Positions 12,690-21,975 of a stretch of DNA of 64,000 bases are shown piece by piece; within the stretch, counting starts at the first letter, position 1, and the number at the start of each line of letters is the position of its first letter. A model generated the notes under the pieces. That model was not told the origin of the DNA and ran no database searches. It saw only the letters and a list, made by a program, of their open reading frames with translations. This DNA is from Iphione sp. A-MEVVRFRX5. Lineage: Eukaryota. Both the position numbers and the translations under genes were made by a program. The stretch is taken from positions 65,782,001 to 65,846,000 of the forward strand of contig OZ320318.1 in the NCBI GenBank assembly GCA_976226885.1, in the 5' to 3' direction.

Positions 12690-12775
12690 TATAGTCATAG
12701 ATACCATTAGATAGATACCATTCTTGCTCTTTGCTCTGCAAGACTATTTGAATAAATCTTCGTTTAACCTATTAA

Positions 12776-13262
12776 AAGTCATAGGTAAATAAACTATGTG
12801 ATATAGTCATGATTATTTCCAAGATGGTGATATACTGTGATGCCTCAAATCTGCATCTATATTCTAATGTGGATACACTATTTTGGCATAAACATGGTTT
12901 TTGGAGTAAGCTAAAAGTATTCTTAATCATGTGCAGAAACAATGAAAGGGCAAAAACACTGCAAAGCTCTTGACGTTCTCTTTCTCAGTGGATCGTTTCC
13001 AATTGATTTTAAAACCTTGTTCTGTAGCAGTTAATGAAATATTGTAAAATTAGCCTACTTCTCTCAGACATTGTGGTCTTATTAGCTCTGACCGTTGACC
13101 ATGGTAACTGAAAAAGAACACGTAAAATACTGTCAAAACTAAGTAAAATTCCCTAACTTTGAAATGTTCTATCATGATATGCTCATATTAGATGCATATT
13201 GTGTCTAGAAACGTATACACAATCATATTTTTCGACATGAAAACCATAGGTTTTCATGGTCC
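12776..13262. mobile_element. Possible decayed TTAA-targeting (Kolobok-like) MITE
   Basis: TTAA at 12772-12775 and 13263-13266. The termini AAGTCATAG and (rc) GGACCATGA differ only by transitions. Weak. Confidence 0.3.
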
Positions 13263-14721
13263 TTAAAGAGTTAATGTAACATCCATGTATAAGAATACCG
13301 CTGTATCTCCTTACTGTGAAAATGATGGTGATGCAGACACTGATGGTGATTATGAATGTAAAGGTTTCCTGACATTTACATGAAATATTTTTGGAGTGAT
13401 CTTTAATTATGTTGCCTGCTTGTTGTAAAGAGGCGTATTGTTTATTGGTCGTTTACTCCTTCTTTCAAAGTTGGTAAATACCTACTGAGAGATATGCTTG
13501 CCCTACAATGAAATCATTGTTCCTGCAGGAAACACGCGAAACACTATGTTCTCCACAATAAGCTGCCTTCTGCAATCACAGTCTGGTAGCTGGGAATAAT
13601 CCCTGTTGATTTCATTGATTTTACTAACTAACGATGTTAAGTGAGGACTGAATCAGCGATGGTTCATACAGAAGAAAAGAAATGCTGTCCCTATCAGAAT
13701 ATGAGGATGGGAACTATTCACAGAAGGCATCAGCACAACGAAAGAAACCGCTAGCGACGAGCTTCTCTCGCTATTTCTTACGCTTGCGAAATAACTACCA
13801 CCCAGTCGTGCATAATTTTCTAATAAAAAGGAGAGAGGCAGACGTTTGAACAAGAAATTAACGCTCTCAATAAACTTGTCACGCCATTCTCTTTGCTCGA
13901 TCAGAGCGGGAAAACCGGCGTCACGGAAATTGGCTGCAAACAAACGACCTGCAAATTGTCGTGTGCCGGATGCTTGACAAACGGTTCGTATGTAGAAAAC
14001 ATTTCTACAGCAGTAATCAGCTGCCCCATTGGGACGTCTTGTATTTACATGAAGCACTCGCACAGTTGGCTACAATCGGCATTTCTACTTCACACCAGGA
14101 TTTTCCAATTTCGAGAGCTTCTCTAGATTCTATGATGTACAATGAATGGACCCTATCACAATAATCCGACTGAATTGTAGCAACGGGTTTATGCTACAAG
14201 TCCCCTGTCTGTTATTGCATTGCATGTACAGAATCCTATCTAGAGTTCCTCCCTCCAAGGAATCCTTTTTTGTCGACGTGTTTTGATTATAGAAAGAGAC
14301 ACTAACTTCATTACGAGCTGCTCGGCTCGCGATACTTTGGCGTGTGTGATGGGGGATATCCTTGCTCCTTACATTTGGCAACATAAGGTTGAAGGAATTT
14401 CTTAGTACAAGATAGCATGAAAACTATTATTAAATGCATTGTAAGACTAGTAATAAACAGACTGCAAAACAAACAACCCTGTTCACAATTTCTACCGTCG
14501 TTTATTCTGCACAGTCAGCAAGGCCATTGATAGATATTCAATATGGTGCGGGCTTGGTTTAAGTGACTAAAATGGGCAACAGGTAATGTATCATATATGT
14601 GATATTAATGTTGATACGCAGTAGACTCACGCGTACGAGACCACTTCCAAGACTGGACAAATCTGGCCTCCTTTGCCACCTGTTTTTATGTAGAACAAGC
14701 TCCTTTGGCACTTGCACAGAT

Positions 14722-14755
14722 TGTGTGTGTGTGTGTTGGGGGGTCTGTGTGTATG

Positions 14756-14806
<51 letters not shown>

Positions 14807-14812
14807 TTCTCT
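14722..14812. repeat. Compound microsatellite (TG)n-(TGTC)n-(TC)n
   Basis: Directly visible tandem repeats. Confidence 0.95.
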
Positions 14813-14909
14813 AAAGCATCTCACTATGGATATACCAACACACTCTCTGTCTGATGTCACAGGACTCCGACAGTCATGTGGCAGTGGTCCTGGTAGGAAT
14901 CTTTGCTTA

Positions 14910-15218
14910 GGTGGTGTTCACATGTATCATGATTTTTCTGTTCCACATCCTCACACGGGGACAGATAGTTTTGCAGCTCTGCTTGACTTTTGTAGGCATT
15001 CACATATGTACAGACGTTTCCCTGTCCACATGCGGATGCAGATGTCAAACTATCTGGGATGGGTTTTCTCTACATCTGCATGCAGATTCCATAAAACACA
15101 ATGGTGAAGAGATATCTGGTGAACATATATATCCAATTAAAGTAGGGACACTGAAGAGGGCTTCTCCACGTCAACACAAGGGGACAGATTTTTCATCATG
15201 ATACATGTGAACAGTGCC
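14910..15218. mobile_element. PIF/Harbinger-type MITE, copy 1 (309 bp)
   Basis: TIRs of about 23 bp, GGTGGTGTTCACATGTATCATGA and TCATGATACATGTGAACAGTGCC. TTA flanks at 14907-14909 and 15219-15221. A 3-bp TWA TSD and GG start are Harbinger hallmarks. Confidence 0.85.
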
Positions 15219-15221
15219 TTA

Positions 15222-15353
15222 GGCGGTATTCACATGTATCATGATTTTTCCATTCCATGTCCGCACGCAGTGATGGATATTTTTGCCGCCCTGCTTGATT
15301 ATTGCAGGCATTCACATATGTATAGACTTTTCATGATACATGTGAACAGCGCC
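15222..15353. mobile_element. PIF/Harbinger-type MITE, copy 2 (132 bp, internally deleted)
   Basis: TIRs GGCGGTATTCACATGTATCATGA and TCATGATACATGTGAACAGCGCC. TTA at 15219-15221 and 15354-15356. The first 110 bp are about 80% identical to the left end of copy 1. Confidence 0.85.
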
Positions 15354-15650
15354 TTACTGTGCGAGGAGACTATAGCCCCCTCCGCAAAGCCCTGGTCATA
15401 TACTTTGTGGTTACACAACTCGTCTTTACATAACAGAGGAGAATAATGGGACTACTATTTAAAACCCTCAGTTAGGTTTGATTAGACATAGATACACGTA
15501 GTAATACTAATGTGATAAACACTCATGAGATTTCCGCCATTAGACAGGCTGGGACTAATTTTGGGCAACGTTTTATATATGTAGTGTAAATGTAAAGTTA
15601 ATGAGGCCATAAGGTCAACCTCTAGCCTTTGGCTAGTGGGGTTTCCCCTT

Positions 15651-15712
15651 TGGCTCAGATGGTTAGGTGTTGGCCTCTCACATCAAAGGTCTGGGGTTCA
15701 ATTTCCAGTAGG
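15651..15712 (+). mobile_element. tRNA-like SINE head fragment
   Basis: A box TGGCTCAGATGG at 15651 and B box GGTTCAATTTCC at 15695-15706. No full cloverleaf and no SINE body seen. Confidence 0.5.
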
Positions 15713-16237
15713 TGCTAGCTCTTTAAATACTGGAAAAGTCTTCATAGACTAAAATAAATATTGCTTTTGGTTCCATCAAAAACAGGTCTTACCACCCGAA
15801 TGGTCTCCTCTGTGGTCTCGTTTTTAACTGAGAGGTGATTGTAAATGCATAATATAAGCACACAGCAGAACGGCACATTATGGACACAGTTGGGGACTGA
15901 GCTGAAACTATCCACAAGGTGGTCGTGTCTGGATTTTGCTCTTCCGTTCTTATATGGTTGCTGGTGACAAACGTATCTTTTCAGTGTCCCATCGAACATA
16001 CTTGGACTCCAGTCCCAGCAGTGGTTTCGTTTTTGAGAGGGAGGCATTCATTCGGCTAGGAGGGCAGAAATAGAACTAGATTACACTGAATATTAAGGGG
16101 CGCCATTTTTGGAATACCGCGTTCTGGTCTGGTAAAATGGAGGAACACAAGAAAGGCAAGCTCTGCTTATTTTTGACGAGGAACGTTGAAATTGTCCAGA
16201 AATTAGTAGCTAACAGTGGGAAAAGACATTATACACC

Positions 16238-17857
16238 ATGAAAGACATCCTAATGGGAGCAATGAGCACTGCTACCGCCGAGCAGCTCAGTAAGGAAGAG
16301 GCGGGTAATTTCAACGTGCGTTTGGACATCGATGATATCCTTACACCCAAGGCACCAAACCCTAACCCAGGTGGGCGTTTCTACCTACCCTAACCGCAAG
16401 AGATTGATGCCATGAAAAAAAGGAATCAGTAAGAAAAGCACAGTGGAAAAACCCGCATTGGAGTGAAAAGCTGAGAGGTGAGCAGAAAAAAAATGAAAAA
16501 ATCATTGGTTGCACCTAAATTAAGTATGTATTCGCTGATTATTGTAAGCGGGTGCCAGTCGGATTAGAGTTAGGTTTAGGGTTAGGGTTAGCCATATTTA
16601 CATAAAAATACCGGCCATAAACGACCATGGACGGCCATACAGATCGTCAGCCATTAAGACTGACGGCCATTGCAACTGTCATTCATTGTAAGCACTTAAC
16701 TTATGGTGTTTGCAACTGTTGTTTTTTCAGACTGGCTGATAGCCGTTAGATATGATGCTGAGTTTGAGGAAGAGGACCTGGCACAGCGCTTGGAGAGTTT
16801 TTACACGTGTGTGCACACCAAGTCGTGTGAAATGTACAGCAAAAGTGCATTCGAGAACATACATTGTGGGATTCAATGACACCTTGCTGGCCCTTCCTAC
16901 GACAGGGAAATTAACATTATGCAAGACCGACAGTTCCGACAGTATACAGTGGCTATCTGGCCAAAACCCGCACATCAGGGCGCGACAAGAGTGAACACAA
17001 ACCACTCACTATGAAGATTTTAATCTACAAAAAGGCATTAACTGAAACACCAGTTGGACTGCAACGTAAGGTGTTCTATGAAATTTTATTCCATTTTGGA
17101 AGAAGAGGCCATGAGGGTTTGCGTTTCTTGACAGGCGAGTCTTTCAAGGTTGAGAAAGATGCTGCCAGACATGAATGAGCTTTTAACGAGGGTGAAAAAA
17201 CCCGTTTAGAGCAGGATGAGGAGGACTGTGCAAAAACAATGTGCGCCCTACCTGACGCCCTTTCCTCCCCATTGTCCCATCACTTCCTTCAAGCATTATT
17301 TGTCCTTGCTTAATCCTGAATGTGGTGCCTTCTTTCAGTGGCCAAAACACAAGTTCATTTACGATGCACGGGGTATCCTATAGTATGACAATATGACCCT
17401 GGGGGTAAACACCTTGTATGCTATCATGGCGGCAATGAGTAAGGAAGCAGGACTTTCCAGAATTTACATGAATAATTGTGTGAGGTGGACATGCGTCACT
17501 ACCCTGGATTGGGCATGGTACTGCGTCGAAAAATTCAGTTGTTGTCAGGACATAAATGTGCCCAATCCCTGAAGCCATATCTCAGTGGACCATCTAAGGA
17601 CATAAAGAAATCAATGTCAAAAGCCCTTTCCTCTTATGGGAAGAAAAACAAGCCTGTCACTGCCAGATCATGCCCTGATAGTCCGGTGAGGAAGACACTA
17701 TGGAGAGTATAGTCCCTGCATCGACATCAGAGTGCAAGACAGAAAATGCCCTGGCACTTAGAAATCCGGCTTCTCAAATTATTACCAACAATGCGATGCA
17801 TGACCATAAGGAGGGCATTAGCTGGACAACTGCATGATAAACATCTACTACAAGTAA
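16238..17857 (+). pseudogene. Crypton-type tyrosine recombinase (DUF3504-like) pseudogene with one spliceosomal intron (16478-16730)
   Basis: Exon 1: RFYLP*PQEIDAM...GVK. Donor GAG/GTGAGC at 16477/16478; acceptor TTTTTTCAG/ at 16730/16731. Exon 2: DWL, LESFYTCVHTK...YSKSAFENIHCGIQ*HL, TPVGLQRKVFYEILFHFGRRGHEGLR, CPITSFKHYLSLLNPECGAFFQ, LGVNTL...MSKEAGLSRIYMNNCVR, LSGHKCAQSLKPY, ending NCMINIYYK*. Several stops and frameshifts. The start coordinate is approximate. Confidence 0.9.
16550..16684. mobile_element. 135-bp insertion in the Crypton intron, flanked by a 9-bp direct repeat
   Basis: ATTGTAAGC at 16541-16549 and 16685-16693. Weak 10-bp terminal inverted similarity (7 of 10). Contains TTAGGTTTAGGGTTAGGGTTAG and several GGCCAT-like motifs. 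Confidence 0.6.
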
Positions 17858-18234
17858 ATGCACATGGTGTACCCATAGCCACCCTGCCAGAAGTTGAGTG
17901 TTCCCTCACCCTGATACGCAAGATTCAGTGTTATTTTTGTGGTTCTCATTTCAATTTTTTCCAGATTGTTGCAGAAGAAGGACTTTACCTGGTCAAATGT
18001 GTTAAACATATTTGATATATCGTTTGGTACATGTTTTGAGGTTATGTATCATAGTCAATAAGAGGAGTGCTTACAAAACGAGGTCAATAAACACTCAAGA
18101 TTGTGACCAATGGCTTCTGCTATCACTTTCTGCGCACTCATGTTACTAATTATTTTGTCTTTAAACCTTAAAACATACGAGTCTTTATCTGAAAATAATA
18201 TTAGGCCATATCAGCAATTAACAACTATATCTCG

Positions 18235-18324
18235 TGCTGGGTCGGAAATCCCAGTGCCTCCAGCCTCTGGCTGGGACTTCGTCCCAACCCTCTGATGTCA
18301 GCACTGGGATTTCTTGACCCAGCA
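18235..18324. repeat. Inverted repeat (23-24 bp arms) with an inner GGGAC-TTC-GTCCC hairpin
   Basis: TGCTGGGTCGGAAATCCCAGTGC at 18235-18257 pairs with GCACTGGGATTTCTTGACCCAGCA at 18301-18324. Confidence 0.75.
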
Positions 18325-19969
18325 TTCAATGCCGTCCCTAATTGCTTAGTTACTAAAAAGAAACATTTTTCCAAGTAAACTGTGTCCATTAACTGCTTAG
18401 GTCTGCTATACATAGTCTGTCCATATTTAGCATAGCATGCCCGTATGCGGATATAATGCTATTAGCCAAGAAACTATTGTTACCCTCCCTCTGCCTTCTG
18501 TGATATGTATGGCTTTATGGATGCTGCCTCCAAGAAGTTATGTACATACATATATATGTATGCATATGACTGATTCCACCAATGGATGTACCAAAGATAT
18601 TCTCTGGGATGGCCTTTTAAAAGTGAAAATTAGGGTTTAATTTGCTATTTTAAATCTTGATTGGTAGAATTAGTCCTAGGAGACCTCAACAGTCTGATTT
18701 TAATTTTTTACTGTTATAGAACGATTCCTTCCTGAAGATTTTAGTAGTCCTGGAAAATACCACTGGTACATCTATAGGTGGAATCAGTCATATATATACA
18801 ATGTACATATATATGCTCATTGAACATACGTAACCCATTTTCTACCCAGGTTAGTTGCACAAACATCTGCAGTTATTTAGCGTACTTCCAGTCCACTTAT
18901 CACCGGGAGGTATGGTATTTTACAGCATTCACTTGCCTTTGAGTGCTGGAGTAACCAAAACCCCTGTATATTTCCTAGTTATACATAACGTTTTACTTTT
19001 TTCGGTTTGTAGGGACGAAATGTTGAGAGGTTCCAGCACTTAAAAACAACAATGCTGGACAACATCCAAACATCCCGAAGGGGCACTTGGATAGGAATGC
19101 TGGAACCATTCAGCAAGCTTTAAACTCGCAGCGTGCGATGTACTCAATTCTTAATTGGAAAGGGATTGTTGAATATTTTCAAATATTCAACGAAAAATTA
19201 AAAAATACAAATCGACTTCGTAACGTCCCTTTTTTGCAACTTGTTCTCTGACACTAATTGCTATAAAGAGAATTACAGGAAATTGCCTAGCGGACGACTG
19301 CAGGTGACGAGGAAATAGTCCTGTCCGTAAACTGCCTGAAAAGTAACCAGAAAATCACAATACAAAATCTATGTACACTAATTGTGAAAGGTGAAATTTC
19401 TAGCTCAGTTTTCTGGAGCCTTCTCAGATTCCGTTTTTTTTTATTAATACCGTTATGTGGCTGTTGCTCAAACTAAAGATTATAGGTGTTTCTTTGTATC
19501 CCGCCTTACGACATAACAGTGAAATATTGTCTACATCTTGATGTAAAGCAATTATTTTAGTTAAGATGCAAATCTTCAAAGATTACGGGGCCCAACGTCG
19601 CCTGTACATATAACTTTCAGCATTCTTACGTTAAATACTGGGAAAAGTGCAGTATGAGAAACTGAATTTTAGTACTGTGTAGAATGGCTAAATCAAAGAA
19701 ACACAACCGACTCCATCGTAGGCGACCATAACAGGGACTTACTAAAAGTGGTGGTCCTGAGCGAATGGTCACCCCAAACATTGGTAGACAGTTTAGGGGT
19801 TAAATTTTGAAATGATATTCCTGTCTGCCTCTCTCTCTACAAAGTAAGACTTGACACAAGAATTTTCATAAAGATTAATTATACGCAATAGATCCCAAGC
19901 AACACATGTTTGATAATAAATTAAATAAGGAAGCATCAATAGTATAAATTTTATTACACATGTAATTAA

Positions 19970-21440
19970 TTAACTGCTGCAGAATTTGTGGATTGTGGAT
20001 AGGACAGTGGTCCTCTGAGCGTGACTCTTCTCAATCATGCTGATACTGTCCATAACAAGATCCAATGCTGGAATAATTCCCTTGGAGAGGCAGTAGATCC
20101 TCACATGATCCATCATGTTCAGGATCTCATGGTGTATATGTGGAGTTCCTGGAATGGCATCCTCATCTTCATCTTCATCTGCATCCCTTGAGTACCATAC
20201 TCCACTTCAATCCCAGCTTTCTCCTTGGCCTCCTCAGTGAGGTGCTGTTCCCAGCCCATGTCCTTATAGTCATGAAAAAGGCAGTCTGTCAGCTCCTAGT
20301 ATTCCTCCCTGGTCAGAGCTGTCCCTGGGACGTTCAATCCATTATGTACCCTCCTGAGCAGCTCTGCCAGTTGATCCTCCTCACCATCCTCCTCAGGTCG
20401 GGACTGGCTCAGGTAACATGGCAATCCAGGTGATTGCCATGTGGATATCCACACTTTTGATGATGTCCTGAGGGTCAGCTCCAGTGTCCACCTTCGTTAG
20501 AACATGTCTGAGAAGGGTATTGTGATAATTACTCTTCACATGTTGGATGATCCCCTGGTCAAAGGGCTGCAGCAGGGAAATGGTGTTGGCAGGTAGACAC
20601 ACTACCTACATGTTGGATATCTTGAGGTAATGGGGGTTGGAAGGGTATTATCCAGGATCAATGCTACCTTCCTCCCCTGGGCCTTTATCTTCCTGTTGAA
20701 GGCCTGGGCCCTCTCCTCAAACATCCAGACCTTCTTGTTGGTCAGAGGGAGATCATTGAGATCCATGTTCCTGAAGGCACTGGGCCTTGCTGTTTTCCCA
20801 ATGACCAGGGGCTTCTCAAAGTTGCCTGCCATGGAGACACAAAGGCAAAGAGTCAGTTTCTCTTTACTTGACTTGCTGCCAGCAGTGTCACTCTCCTTGA
20901 CAGCCAGCATCCTATCTGGGAGGAAAAAGATACCAGTTATGTCCATGTTGAAGATGTCTTCTTGCTTGTATCCCTCAATGCAAGTGGACAGTCTCTCATA
21001 CCACTGCTCAACTGCCCCTCAGGGACACTGGCCCTCTCTCCAGATGCCTTGACTCCAGAGATGCAGTGCCTCTTCTTGAATCTGAACAGCCATCCTTCTA
21101 AGGCAGAGAAGTTCTTAATCCCAAGTCCCTTGCTGATGATCGGGCCTTCTCTCTGATTATTAGTCCAGGCAATGGGACTTGCATATCCCTGGCCTTGTTG
21201 AACCACTTGAAGATGGTCTCATCCAGGGTGGTGAGGTCAGGAGTGAGATTCTTTGTCTTGGCCTAATAATTGAAGGAGCTGTGATAGTCCTCAAGGATGG
21301 ATGCCTTTTTCTTGAGGACATTGTGAACTTGTGTCTTGTCAGTCTTGAATTGTTCAGCTAGAAGTTTCTGACTCCTCCCTTCACTGGCCATGATGAGTTT
21401 GACTTTATCAACCATCCTCATTTCTTTTTGGTGTAGACAT
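19970..21440 (-). pseudogene. pogo/Tigger transposase (HTH-psq-like, CENP-B HTH, DDE_1) pseudogene
   Basis: MSTPKRN..DKVKLI..LAEQF..; FSALEGWLFRFKKRH; NMDITGIFF; KEKLTLCLCVSMAGNFEKPLVIGK; LILDN; LPANT.SLLQPFDQGII. All three catalytic Asp motifs are visible, but the frame is broken repeatedly. Confidence 0.9.
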
Positions 21441-21668
21441 GTTGAAGGATGGCGGGAGAATGCCAGGAGGATGGGAGGAAGATGGGAGAAAGAAAGCAGA
21501 GTAGGGGAACCATGACAGGAGCAAGATCACCATGGTAGACGCAGAGCGACCATGGCAGGAGCAAGGCGACCACAGCAGACGAAGGAGATAAATGATTCCA
21601 GTGGCGAGCTGGAAGGATTTATGTAGCTTCCTGGGCCTGGCTTGCCACTTTCTGCTTGCCTGACACTT

Positions 21669-21975
21669 GGTGTTGGGCATGAGCTCCTGCTTCTCCTATC
21701 CATGAATACCCTTCAAAGGACTGGTGGCTGTGCCTTCTTTACGGTGTTGGGAGACAAGTTGTGCCTATCCTGCCTGTGGATATCCTTCAAAGGACTGCTG
21801 GTTGTGCCTCCCTCAGGGTGTTTGGTATGAGTCCCTGCCTCTGCCACCTCTCCTTCCCGTGTATACCCTTCAAAAGACTGGGTGGTTGTGCCTCCTCCAG
21901 GGAGTCGGAGAGAGGTCATGCCTCCACACCTGTGGATATCCTTGAAGGGAGTTGGTGGTCACGCTTAGTCGAGGG
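21669..21975. repeat. Four diverged tandem units of about 75-80 bp inside the Tigger 5' region
   Basis: Recurrent core (G/A)TA(T/C)CCTT(C/G)AA(A/G)GGA..G..GG.TG at about 21705, 21779, 21862 and 21934. Confidence 0.75.

Noticed and set aside
13653-14063. 136-aa minus-strand ORF
   Set aside because: No convincing family match; the faint THAP resemblance is better on the opposite strand and is weak even there.
14910-15353. C2H2 zinc-finger-like words (IRMWTGKRLYICEC on the minus strand) and apparent third-position bias between the two repeats
   Set aside because: Fully explained by Harbinger MITEs with TIRs and TTA TSDs. Only about 10 of 20 differences fall at third positions, which is not convincing, and Cys/His spacing is incomplete.
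16560-16590. Interstitial telomere or chromosome-fusion site
   Set aside because: Only 2-3 TTAGGG units, inside a TSD-flanked 135-bp insertion.
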